Of a DNA stretch of 64,000 bases, positions 1 to 8,654 are shown in pieces; the stretch's first letter is position 1; each line of letters begins with the position of its first letter. A program made the translations under genes and the position numbers. The DNA is from Candidatus Dormiibacterota bacterium (GTDB lineage: Bacteria; Chloroflexota; Dormibacteria; CF-121), in NCBI GenBank assembly GCA_036564925.1, contig DATCOB010000062.1, forward strand, positions 36 through 64,035, read 5' to 3'. The notes under the pieces are model-generated. The model did no database searches. It was not told where the DNA came from and saw nothing but the letters and a program-made list of their open reading frames with translations.

Positions 1-16
1 CCTGCGGGGCCGTCAA

Positions 17-448
17 TCAGGAAGTTTTCGCGGTTTTTCGGACCGGGCGGGTTGTCGCCGCCGGCTTCTTCTGGGTCGCCTTGCCCGCGCCGGCGGACTT
101 CTTTCGTGGCATCTGCCGGGTCCACTCGAGCGCCTGCAAGATCGATACACGAGCGGGGGCCGGCTTCGCCCGCCAGGCTGCCGCGACGCACACGTAGCCG
201 GTCATGGCCCGGCCAGGCATCGGTTCGAAGTCTTTTCCGCCCTGTTTTCTCACTTTTTCGCGCTCGGCATCGGGGAGGCGGACGAAGAGTTGATCGCCGA
301 AGAGGCCGGCAAACATGTTGCCGTTGATGAAAGCCGCCATGTTCCCGAACATCGGCCGGGTCGTCAGCGCTGGATCCTTTGGCACAAGGGCGAGGAATGC
401 CGCGGTGGCGTCAGCCGTCGATTTCGGCATGGAAGGCATCGGGCTCAC
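17..448 (-). CDS. TfoX/Sxy N-terminal-domain-like protein (hypothetical)
   Basis: 143-aa ORF. Its N-terminal half (LVPKDPALTTRPMFGNMAAFINGNMFAGLFGDQLFVRL) resembles the TfoX N-terminal domain fold. The C-terminus is a basic, K/A-rich tail. It is divergent from the ABC transporter gene. Confidence 0.4.
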   Translation of the reverse strand: MSPMPSMPKSTADATAAFLALVPKDPALTTRPMFGNMAAFINGNMFAGLFGDQLFVRLPDAEREKVRKQGGKDFEPMPGRAMTGYVCVAAAWRAKPAPARVSILQALEWTRQMPRKKSAGAGKATQKKPAATTRPVRKTAKTS

Positions 449-474
449 GGTGTAGGCCGTATCGTAATCCTCCG

Positions 475-1413
475 GTGAGCACCGTCATCGAGGTACGAGA
501 CCTCGTCAAGCGCTACAAGAAGGCCGACCGAAACGCCGTGGACGGCGCGTCTTTCGCCGTCAACGCAGGTGAGTTCTTCACCCTGCTCGGTCCTAACGGC
601 GCCGGCAAGACGACGACAATCTCGATCCTGACGACAACCCTTCGTCCAACCTCGGGCACAGTCGTGATCGGCGGGCGCGATGCCCTGGTCGACCCCAGTG
701 GCGTCCGCCAGCAGGTGGGCATCATTTTCCAGAAACCCAGTCTCGACCTGAACCTCACCGGCGAGGAGAACGTGCGCTTTCACGCCATCCTGTACGGGCT
801 TTATCCCTACCGCCCCTTGTTTTTAGCCATGCCGCGCGCGTACCGGGACCAGGTTGGCGAGCTTGCGTCGGTGCTGGGCCTGACGCGCGAGATCTTCAAA
901 CCGGTCAAGACCCTCTCCGGCGGCATGAAACGGAAGCTGGAGATCATCCGCGGGCTGATGCACCGGCCGAGCGTCCTCTTTCTCGACGAGCCGACCGCCG
1001 GGCTGGACGCCGCAAGCCGTCGAAACCTGTGGAGCTACCTGCGAGAGGTGCGTGCCAGGTACGAGACCACCATCGTGCTCACCACGCATTACCTGGAAGA
1101 GGCGGAGGAGGCTGACCGAATCTGCATTCTCGACCGTGGCAAGGTCGTCTCACTTGGAACGCCGGCGCAGATCAAGGCGAAGCTGGTGGCCGAAACACTT
1201 GTTCTCGACGCCGCAGATAGGGGCACGCTGCAGCGTGAAATTGCCGGGCTCGGGCTTTCCTGCAAAGGCGAAGGTCCATTCAGGGTAGTGGTGGAAGGCA
1301 CCTCGACACAGCAGATCATCAAGGCGATCGGTACCCCGCTGACTGTGCTGAAGACAGAATCCCCAACGCTGGAGGATGCTTATCTCGGCATCGTCGGGAT
1401 GGCGATGGAATGA
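475..1413 (+). CDS. ABC transporter ATP-binding protein (ABC-2 type)
   Basis: Walker A GPNGAGKTT, ABC signature LSGGMKRKLEI, Walker B VLFLDEPTAGLD. GTG start at 475 in frame (VSTVIEVRDLVKRY). The track ORF beginning at 379 has a non-protein-like N-terminus. Confidence 0.9.
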   Translation: MSTVIEVRDLVKRYKKADRNAVDGASFAVNAGEFFTLLGPNGAGKTTTISILTTTLRPTSGTVVIGGRDALVDPSGVRQQVGIIFQKPSLDLNLTGEENVRFHAILYGLYPYRPLFLAMPRAYRDQVGELASVLGLTREIFKPVKTLSGGMKRKLEIIRGLMHRPSVLFLDEPTAGLDAASRRNLWSYLREVRARYETTIVLTTHYLEEAEEADRICILDRGKVVSLGTPAQIKAKLVAETLVLDAADRGTLQREIAGLGLSCKGEGPFRVVVEGTSTQQIIKAIGTPLTVLKTESPTLEDAYLGIVGMAME

Positions 1414-2189
1414 GCGAGTGGAACGGGATCCTGGCGATCGCCTCGCGCGACGTCACCAAGCTGGTCCGCGATCGCCCACGCCTGATCTTCACCTTTATCT
1501 TTCCGCTGATCTTCATCGGGCTGATGGGTGGCACGCTGCAGGGCAACCTCGGCCGGGCGGCCGGGTTCAACTTCATCGAGTTCATCTTTGCCGGGGTGCT
1601 CGGGATGACGCTCTTCCAGTCCGCGGCCCAGGGGCTGATCTCCCTGATCGAAGACCGCGAAAATGACTTCAGCCAGGAGATGTTCGTCTCGCCAGTCTCA
1701 CGCTACTCCATCGTCTTCGGGAAGATCCTGGGGGAGACAGGCGTCTCATTTTTCCAGGCGATCCCCACGATCGGCTTCGCGCTGCTACTGCGCGTGCCGC
1801 TAAGCCCTCTTCGAATCGTCCTTCTGATCCCGGCGGCCCTGGCGGCCTGCCTGCTAGGAGCCTCCTTTGGAGTGGCCTTGCTATCGCTGCTGAGCACCCA
1901 GCGCGCGGCGCAACAGATCCTTCCGTTCTTGATGTTTCCGCAGTTCTTTCTGGCAGGGGTCTTCAACCCGGTCAAGGTCCTGCCCTGGTACCTGGAGGGT
2001 CCGTCATTGATTGCGCCGATGCGCTACGCGGTCGACCTGCTGCGTGGCGTCGTCTATGCGGGACGGCCGGAGTATGCGAAGGTCGTCCTCTTCAACCCCC
2101 TCACGAACCTCCTGGTGATGATCGTCATGTTCACCGTGTTTCTCGTCTTCGGCACGGCCCTGTTCGTCAGGCAGGAAACCAACCGCTGA
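1410..2189 (+). CDS. ABC-2 family transporter permease
   Basis: 259-aa polytopic membrane protein. Six hydrophobic segments are visible. ATGA overlap with the upstream ATPase gene. Confidence 0.8.
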   Translation: MSEWNGILAIASRDVTKLVRDRPRLIFTFIFPLIFIGLMGGTLQGNLGRAAGFNFIEFIFAGVLGMTLFQSAAQGLISLIEDRENDFSQEMFVSPVSRYSIVFGKILGETGVSFFQAIPTIGFALLLRVPLSPLRIVLLIPAALAACLLGASFGVALLSLLSTQRAAQQILPFLMFPQFFLAGVFNPVKVLPWYLEGPSLIAPMRYAVDLLRGVVYAGRPEYAKVVLFNPLTNLLVMIVMFTVFLVFGTALFVRQETNR

Positions 2190-2225
2190 CCAGCGTTACC
2201 GTTTTCGGCTGGACTGGTCCGGTTG

Positions 2226-2600
2226 TCAGGCCGCCTTGTCGTCGAACGTGACCTCGATCAGCGGGCTCTGTTCCACCATGAGGTCGACGTCGTTCCGCTT
2301 CCAGATCCGCGCCACCCGGGCCAGAACCTCCCGGCGCTCCCTTTCATCGGTGATGATCCGGGCCGTGGCCGGCAGATCCGCCTTTACGTCGCCTTTCAGG
2401 TGGAAGGTGAACTGGGGATTGCCCTCCAGGTTCGTCAGCCAGGCGCGCTGTTCCGGGCGTGGCATCCCGCTGACGTAGATCCGGCCGCCGATGTTGTGGA
2501 AGACGATCTCGATGCGCCGCGGTTCACCGGTCTTTCGCCCGGTGGTGGTGATGTCGATGACCCCGCCGCGCAATAGGGCGGGTCGTAGCCCTTCGTTCAT
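2226..2600 (-). CDS. deazaflavin (F420H2)-dependent nitroreductase-family protein (DUF385/Ddn-like)
   Basis: 124 aa. Motif ITTTGRKTGEPRRIEIVFHNIGGRIYVS is typical of the small split-barrel Ddn/DUF385 family. Convergent with the ABC permease gene. Confidence 0.7.
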   Translation of the reverse strand: MNEGLRPALLRGGVIDITTTGRKTGEPRRIEIVFHNIGGRIYVSGMPRPEQRAWLTNLEGNPQFTFHLKGDVKADLPATARIITDERERREVLARVARIWKRNDVDLMVEQSPLIEVTFDDKAA

Positions 2601-2788
2601 CCCAACAATCTAGCGTTCGTTGCCGCCCGGTGCCTCAATTGAATCCGGATGGGGCGGAAAGAGGCAGGACCGCCGCCCCGCCTCTTTGTGCGTCGCCCCT
2701 TAGACCTGGGTCGGGCCCCCCGGCTGGTTGCTACCGGCGGCCGGCTGACCATGCGCCTGCTCGTTCCAGGCCCGCAACTTGGCGTCAA

Positions 2789-3004
2789 TCATCGGTGGCA
2801 ACGTGCCGCCGTGCGACGGCCACTGGCGCCGCCAGGCTCCGCGGCCGCCCAATCTTGCTGCTCCCGCGGGATCCCCGCCCTGGTGCATCTGGCTGAAGGC
2901 GTAGTGGTGCCCGCGATGCCGGCGCGCCGCCATCGCCAGGCCCAGCCCGAGTGCGCCAAGAATGGCGAGTCGCTTTCGATCGTTGGACGTACGTCTTTGG
3001 GCAT
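2789..3004 (-). CDS. small hypothetical ORF with a strong RBS (possibly frameshifted or spurious)
   Basis: ATG at 3004 is preceded by AAGGAG at a 6-nt spacing. The 71-aa product is W/R-rich and not protein-like. An overlapping frame encodes a signal-peptide-like KRLAILGALGLGLAMAARR segment but has no start codon. See findings. Confidence 0.2.
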   Translation of the reverse strand: MPKDVRPTIESDSPFLAHSGWAWRWRRAGIAGTTTPSARCTRAGIPREQQDWAAAEPGGASGRRTAARCHR

Positions 3005-3131
3005 GTCGTTCTCCTTGAACATTGGTTGATGGTTCCCATCCTGGCCGTCGCGTGTGAGCACGGTGTGAACCGGATGCGAAGGTCCTGGGACTTGCCGAGC
3101 GATGGGCGCTGTGATTAGAATTCGTTGTGTC

Positions 3132-3923
3132 ATGAGCACCAGTTTCGCCACGCGCAACAAGGTGCAGTCGCTCGATCGGGCCCTGGAGATGCTGAAGCTG
3201 CTCGGCAGCGAGCCCGAGATGCGCGTGACCGACCTGGCCCGCCGGCTGGAGGTCCACAAGTCGACCGCCTTTCGCCTGCTCTGGACGCTGCAGGAACACG
3301 GGCTGGTGGAGCAGAACCCGACCACCGAGCGATATCGCCTCGGCTACGGGTTGGTCCGCCTGGCCGGCTCGGTGGTCGCCGAGTTCGATCTTGCCCGGGC
3401 CTCGCGGCCCGTACTGGAGGAGCTGGCGGTGCGCACCTCCGAAACGGTCAACCTCGCGATCCTGCAGGGCGACCAGGTCGTCAACATCGACCAGATCGCG
3501 GCGCCGCACCTGGTCGTGAACGTCAACTGGGTCGGCAAGCAGACACCCCTGCACTGCACCTCGAATGGCAAGGTGTTTCTGGCCTTTCTCCCTGACGCAG
3601 ACCGAGCGCGGTTGCTCAGCCCCCCGCTGGCCCGCTTCACGCCGCGCACGATCACGGACCTGAAGACGCTGGAAAAGCAACTGCGCCGGGCGGTCCTCGA
3701 AGGCTACGCCTTCACGCTCGAGGAGCTCGAGCTCGGCTTGAACGCCGTGGCCGCCCCGGTTCGCGGCACCGATGGCCTGGTGCGGGCGGCGGTCAGCGTG
3801 GCGGGACCCTCGTATCGAGTCACCCCCCATCGGCTCCAGGAACTCGGCGAGATGACGAAGGAGGCGGGCGAGGCGATCTCGCAGCGGATGGGCTATTTCG
3901 CAATAGGGGGAGGACAGACATGA
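3132..3923 (+). CDS. IclR-family transcriptional regulator
   Basis: N-terminal wHTH (LDRALEMLKLLGSEPEMRVTDLARRLEVHKSTAFRLLWTLQEHGLV) followed by an IclR effector domain. The stop overlaps the start of the corrinoid-protein gene (ATGA). A candidate -35/-10 pair (TTGCCG ... TAGAAT) lies at about 3084-3120. Confidence 0.85.
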   Translation: MSTSFATRNKVQSLDRALEMLKLLGSEPEMRVTDLARRLEVHKSTAFRLLWTLQEHGLVEQNPTTERYRLGYGLVRLAGSVVAEFDLARASRPVLEELAVRTSETVNLAILQGDQVVNIDQIAAPHLVVNVNWVGKQTPLHCTSNGKVFLAFLPDADRARLLSPPLARFTPRTITDLKTLEKQLRRAVLEGYAFTLEELELGLNAVAAPVRGTDGLVRAAVSVAGPSYRVTPHRLQELGEMTKEAGEAISQRMGYFAIGGGQT

Positions 3924-4636
3924 GTCGCGAAGAAGAGATCCGGACCGAGTTGTTCGATCACACGCTCAACGGCCACGCGCCCGAAGTGAAGGCCCTCACC
4001 GAAGAGGGATTGAAGCTGGGCATGGATCCAATGGACATCCTTTTCAAGGCCCTCATCCCTTCACTGGAGGAGGTCGGACGTCGTTTCGAGAAGGGCGATT
4101 TCTTTGTTCCAGAGATGCTGATCGCCGCCCGTGCCATGCAGGGCGCGCTCGTCATCCTGCGCCCGCTGATCGCGGAGACCGGCGCCAAGCCGATTGGCAA
4201 GTACGTGATCGGCACGGTCAAGGGTGACATCCACGACATCGGGAAGAACCTCGTGATCATCATGCTCGAGGGTGCCGGCTTCGAGGTGGTTGACCTCGGG
4301 GTGAACTGCCCGCCCGAAAAGTTTGTCGAGGCAGTGCGGGCGAACGAGCCGCACGTCGTCGGCTTTTCCGCATTTCTCACCACCACGATGCCGATGTTCA
4401 AGGTCAACATCGAGGCGCTGAAGAAGGCCGGCCTTCGTGACAAGGTCGCGGTCATGGTCGGGGGCGCCCCGGTCACCGAGGAGTACGCGAAGCTGGCCGG
4501 CGCCGACCATTACGCGCCTGACGCGTCGATCGCCACGCGCATGGCCAAGAAAATCGTGGGGGCGGCCCAGGCGGCGGAGAACGCCGCCCTGACCCAGGCC
4601 GTGGAGCTGATCGACAAGACCCTCAAGAAGGGCTGA
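3920..4636 (+). CDS. corrinoid (cobalamin-binding) protein of a methyltransferase system (MtaC/MttC/MtgC-like)
   Basis: Helical B12-binding cap followed by a Rossmann B12 domain. Carries the hallmark DxHxxG (GDIHDIGKN), SxL (GFSAFLTTTM) and GG (VMVGGA) motifs. Confidence 0.85.
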   Translation: MSREEEIRTELFDHTLNGHAPEVKALTEEGLKLGMDPMDILFKALIPSLEEVGRRFEKGDFFVPEMLIAARAMQGALVILRPLIAETGAKPIGKYVIGTVKGDIHDIGKNLVIIMLEGAGFEVVDLGVNCPPEKFVEAVRANEPHVVGFSAFLTTTMPMFKVNIEALKKAGLRDKVAVMVGGAPVTEEYAKLAGADHYAPDASIATRMAKKIVGAAQAAENAALTQAVELIDKTLKKG

Positions 4637-4637
4637 C

Positions 4638-5021
4638 GTGGGCGTCCTCGACCGGATGGTCGTCGCCGTCGAGAAGCCGCTCAAGGAGGCGATCTGGGAT
4701 TGCCGCATGTGCGGCCAGTGCATCCTGCACTCGACCGGGCTGTCCTGCCCGATGCGATGCCCGAAGAACCTGCGCAACGGCCCCTGCGGCGGGGTGCGGG
4801 CGAACGGCAACTGCGAGGTCTATCCCGATCGATCCTGCGTGTGGGTCGAGGCATGGGAGGGGTCGCGCCGGCTGCCGATCTTCGGTGACGGCATCCATCA
4901 CCTGCAAAAGCCGATGGACTGGCGGCTGTCCGGCACGTCATCGTGGATCAACCTGGTCAGCGGCCGGGATGCAAAAGCGCCCGGCGGTTGGCGCGGTGAT
5001 GCCGGGGGTGGTCGTGCCTAG
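4638..5021 (+). CDS. MetV-like zinc-ribbon protein (MTHFR C-terminal-like domain, PF12225-like)
   Basis: Cys-rich: CRMCGQCILHSTGLSCPMRCPKNLRNGPCGG...GNCE. GTG start 2 nt after the corrinoid-gene stop. Overlaps the start of the metF-like gene in another frame. Confidence 0.6.
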   Translation: MGVLDRMVVAVEKPLKEAIWDCRMCGQCILHSTGLSCPMRCPKNLRNGPCGGVRANGNCEVYPDRSCVWVEAWEGSRRLPIFGDGIHHLQKPMDWRLSGTSSWINLVSGRDAKAPGGWRGDAGGGRA

Positions 5022-5961
5022 CCGGCTCGCCCAATTGCTGCGGCAGGGTCACTTTGTCGTGACGGCCGAGCTGACCTCGACTGACAGCGCCGAGCCGGAG
5101 GCGACCTGGCGGAATGCCGCGGTGCTCTCCGGCGTCGTGGACGCCATCAATTGCACGGACAACACCAGCGCCCACGTGCATCTCTCCTCGCTGGCCGCCT
5201 CCCACCTCCTGGTCGAGAAAGGATTGGAGCCGATCATGCAGCTGACCGTCCGCGACCGGAACCGGCTGGCCCTCCAGGCCGATCTGCTGGGGGCGGCCGC
5301 CCTGGGCGTGCACAACCTGGTGCTGATGAGCGGGGACGATGTCACCGCCGGCGATCACCCGGAGGCCCGGCGCATCTACGACATCGACTCGACGCAACTG
5401 ATCGAGGTGGCCGCCGGGATGCGCGACCGTGGGACCTACCTGAGCGGCCGCAAACTTTCGGTCGCGCCGCGATTTTTTATCGGCGCGGTGGAGAACCCCT
5501 TCGCCCCGCCGCTCGACTTCCGGCCGCTCCGGCTGCAGAAGAAGGTGGCCGCAGGCGCGCAATTCATCCAGACGCAACTGGTCTTCGACCTCGAGGTTTT
5601 CAAGGCCTTCATGGCAAAGGTCGGAGACCTGGGCCTCCTGCAAAAGGTGTTCACCATTCCCTCCGTCGCCATTCCGCGCTCGGCTAAGAGCGCGCGGTTC
5701 ATGAAAGAGAAGGTGCCCGGCTTGCTGGTGCCCGATGCGGTCGTGGCGCGGTTGGATGCGGTGCCGCCCGCCCGCCAGGCCGAAGAGGGGATCCGGATCG
5801 CGGTGGAGTTGGTCCACGCGCTCCGTGAGATCCCCGGTGTCTGCGGCGTCCACCTGATCGGCATCAAGTGGGAGGAGGGGGTGGTCCGGGTCGCGCAAGA
5901 AGCGGGACTCCTGCCGCGGCCGACACTCAGTCCCCTGGCGACCGTCGGGAACACCGTCTAG
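4999..5961 (+). CDS. metF: 5,10-methylenetetrahydrofolate reductase (MetF-like)
   Basis: TIM-barrel MTHFR-like sequence (FVVTAELTSTD, QLTVRDRNR, FIQTQLVFD). The start is uncertain. In-frame starts exist at 4969 (ATG), 4996 (GTG) and 4999 (ATG). Confidence 0.75.
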   Translation: MPGVVVPSRLAQLLRQGHFVVTAELTSTDSAEPEATWRNAAVLSGVVDAINCTDNTSAHVHLSSLAASHLLVEKGLEPIMQLTVRDRNRLALQADLLGAAALGVHNLVLMSGDDVTAGDHPEARRIYDIDSTQLIEVAAGMRDRGTYLSGRKLSVAPRFFIGAVENPFAPPLDFRPLRLQKKVAAGAQFIQTQLVFDLEVFKAFMAKVGDLGLLQKVFTIPSVAIPRSAKSARFMKEKVPGLLVPDAVVARLDAVPPARQAEEGIRIAVELVHALREIPGVCGVHLIGIKWEEGVVRVAQEAGLLPRPTLSPLATVGNTV

Positions 5962-6831
5962 ATGGAGACGCGCGTCCGCTCTCGATCCAAAGAAGTGATC
6001 ATCTCGGGCGACCGCCGATTCGTGATGATCGGCGAGCGGATCAACCCAACCGGTCGTAAGCTGCTCGGGGCCGAGATGACGGCCGGGCGGATGGACCGTG
6101 TCAAGGCGGACGCGATCGCCCAGGTCGAGGCCGGCGCCCAGATGCTCGACGTCAACGCGGGGGTGCCCGGCATCGACGAGCCGGCGTTGCTGGTGGCTGC
6201 CATCCGTGCCGTCAGCGAGGTAACCGATGTCCCGATCTGCATCGACTCCTCGGTGATCGAGGCCCTCGAGGCGGCCCTCCACGTCTACGAGGGGAAGGCC
6301 CTCGTGAATTCGGTCACCGCCGAGGACGAGCGGATGGACCGGATCCTGCCGGTGGTGAAGAAGTATGGGGCGGCCGTGATCGGGATGGCCAACGATGAGA
6401 CCGGCATCACGATGGTGCCGCAGGAACGGGTCGAGATCGCGCGACGCATCATCGAACGGGCGGTCTATTACGGCATCCCGAAAGAAGACGTGATCATCGA
6501 CCCGATCGCGATGACCGTGGCGGCGGACCCCCAGGCGGGGACCATCACGCTGGAGACGATGCGGCTGATCAGAGAGCAGCTCGGCAACAACATGACCTGC
6601 GGAGCCTCCAACGTTTCCTTTGGTCTCCCGGACAGGCCGATCGTCAACGCCGCTTTCTTTCCCGTGGCGATGCATGCCGGCCTGACCTGCGCCATCACCA
6701 ACCCGTTGATTCCCGAGGTGAGGACAGCCGTGCTCGCCGCTGACCTGCTCCTGGGCCACGACGATTACGCCACGGCGTGGATCGCGAGGTTTCGGGCCGA
6801 CCGCAAGAAGGCAGTGGCGGCCGGCCCGTGA
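5962..6831 (+). CDS. methyltetrahydrofolate:corrinoid methyltransferase (pterin-binding domain; MetH-pterin/AcsE/MtgA-like)
   Basis: Pterin-binding (DHPS-like) barrel with VMIGERINPTG, GAQMLDVN and NSVTAE motifs. The ATG follows the metF TAG directly. Confidence 0.8.
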   Translation: METRVRSRSKEVIISGDRRFVMIGERINPTGRKLLGAEMTAGRMDRVKADAIAQVEAGAQMLDVNAGVPGIDEPALLVAAIRAVSEVTDVPICIDSSVIEALEAALHVYEGKALVNSVTAEDERMDRILPVVKKYGAAVIGMANDETGITMVPQERVEIARRIIERAVYYGIPKEDVIIDPIAMTVAADPQAGTITLETMRLIREQLGNNMTCGASNVSFGLPDRPIVNAAFFPVAMHAGLTCAITNPLIPEVRTAVLAADLLLGHDDYATAWIARFRADRKKAVAAGP

Positions 6832-8654
6832 TCGGAAAGAAACTCGAGATCACCTACCGGCCCTACGACAAGTCGACCAGGGTCCCGCCCGGCACCACGC
6901 TCTTCAGCGCCGCCCACTGGATCGGTTTGCCGATCGACTCGACCTGCGGTGGCCGCGGCACCTGCGGCAAGTGCAAGGTGCAGATTGTCGAGGGGGCGGC
7001 TGCGCTGACCGCGGCCGACTCAAAGCAGCTCGAAGCGCGCGAAATCGAGGCCGGCTGGCGGCTTTCCTGCCAGGCGCGGGTTTACGAAGACACCGTCGTC
7101 ACCGTCCCTCAGTTGCTGCGCACCCCGAAGGCAGCCACGATGGGCGTCAACCGCCTGGTGATCCTCGACCCCAACGTCCGCAAGGTCTACGTCGAGCTGG
7201 CCGAGCCGACTCTCGAGGACCAGCGCAGCGACGTTGAACGATTGCGTGACGCGCTGACCGCGGAAGGCCACGACATGAAGGCTGACCTGGATGTCCTGCG
7301 CACGCTGCCGGGCACTCTCCGACAGGCCGAGTTCCGTGTTACTGCGGTGCTGGGCGGTGATCGGCTGATCACGATCGAAGCCGGAGACACGAGAGACGAA
7401 ACCTATGGCGTCGCCTTCGACCTCGGGACGACCACAGTGGTGGGCACGCTCATGAATTTGCGCACCGGGATGGCGGAGGCGGTGCGCTCGGACCTCAACG
7501 GCCAGGCGCCATTCGGTGCCGACGTCATCTCCCGCATCAGCCACGGCATGCAGGGCGATGCGGAGCGGGAAGAGCTTCGCGCGGCGATCCTTCGGACCAT
7601 GAACGGATTGCTGGCCGAGCTTTACGCGGAGACCAATGTGCCGCGTGACCGGGTCTACGAAACCGTGGTGGTCGGAAATGCGACCATGCTGCACCTCCTC
7701 CTGGGCATCGATGCGACGCCGATCTCCATGTTGCCTTTTGCCCCCACCTTCCGGGAGCCGCTCTACCTGCCGGCCCGCGAGGTCGGTCTCGACATCCATC
7801 CTGGAGGTTTCGTGCAAACCCTGCCGATCATCGGCGGCTACGTCGGCGCCGACATCGTGGCCGGCGTCGTTGCCACCGGTCTGGCCCGGGAGGAGAAACT
7901 CCGGGTCTTCGTTGACGTGGGGACCAACGGCGAGATCGTTCTCGGCTCGTCGAAACGCGTCCTCTGCACCGCCGCCCCGGCGGGGCCGGCGTTCGAGGGG
8001 AGCCAGATCCGCTGCGGCATGCGGGCCAGTGACGGGGCCATCGAGGGCGTGACCCTCGGGGATCATGTCGAGCTGCAGGTGATCGGTGGGGACGTGCCGC
8101 CCAGGGGCATTTGCGGTTCGGGTCTGGTCGACGCGGTGGCCCAATTGCGCGTCGCCGGCCTGCTCGATCCCTCCGGCAGGATGCGCAGTCGCGAAGAGGT
8201 GCCCGAGCACCCTCTCTCCGACCGGCTGATTACCATCGATGGTGTCCGTGCGTTTCTGCTCGCGGAAGGCGTGTACCTGAGCCAGAAAGACGTCCGGGAG
8301 TTGCAATTCGGAAAGGGCTCGATCGCGACCGGCATAAAGGTGCTGATGGATGTCATGGGCGTAAAAGCAGGTGAACTCGACGAAGTGCTCCTGGGAGGCT
8401 CGTTCGGCTCCTATCTGAATCCCGAGAGCACCAGGATCATCGGCTTGGTACCCCCCGTCGCGGTCGACCGGATCCTTTCGGTGGGGAACACGGCAGGCGA
8501 GGGCGCCAAGATGTCACTTCTCTCCTTCCGCGAGCGCCAGGTCGCCTTCGAGTTGCCCGACAAGATCGAGTACGTTGAGTTGTCGGGACGCACCGACTTC
8601 AACGACTCATTCATTTCCGTCCTGCAGTTCGCGGAGCTCGACAGCCTGTCATGA
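6828..8654 (+). CDS. reductive activator of corrinoid proteins (RACo-type; 2Fe-2S ferredoxin + ASKHA ATPase domain, DUF4445)
   Basis: N-terminal plant-type ferredoxin motif CGGRGTCGKCKV...C. This is followed by an actin/sugar-kinase-like (ASKHA) domain (FDLGTTTVVG, VDVGTNGEIVLG). GTG start overlaps the upstream stop (GTGA). Confidence 0.8.
   Translation: MIGKKLEITYRPYDKSTRVPPGTTLFSAAHWIGLPIDSTCGGRGTCGKCKVQIVEGAAALTAADSKQLEAREIEAGWRLSCQARVYEDTVVTVPQLLRTPKAATMGVNRLVILDPNVRKVYVELAEPTLEDQRSDVERLRDALTAEGHDMKADLDVLRTLPGTLRQAEFRVTAVLGGDRLITIEAGDTRDETYGVAFDLGTTTVVGTLMNLRTGMAEAVRSDLNGQAPFGADVISRISHGMQGDAEREELRAAILRTMNGLLAELYAETNVPRDRVYETVVVGNATMLHLLLGIDATPISMLPFAPTFREPLYLPAREVGLDIHPGGFVQTLPIIGGYVGADIVAGVVATGLAREEKLRVFVDVGTNGEIVLGSSKRVLCTAAPAGPAFEGSQIRCGMRASDGAIEGVTLGDHVELQVIGGDVPPRGICGSGLVDAVAQLRVAGLLDPSGRMRSREEVPEHPLSDRLITIDGVRAFLLAEGVYLSQKDVRELQFGKGSIATGIKVLMDVMGVKAGELDEVLLGGSFGSYLNPESTRIIGLVPPVAVDRILSVGNTAGEGAKMSLLSFRERQVAFELPDKIEYVELSGRTDFNDSFISVLQFAELDSLS

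Noticed and set aside
2700-3830. 376-aa minus-strand ORF.
   Set aside because: It is antisense to the IclR regulator gene for most of its length. Only its extreme 3' portion (2700-3030) is intergenic relative to plus-strand genes. That portion is discussed separately as a possible small gene.
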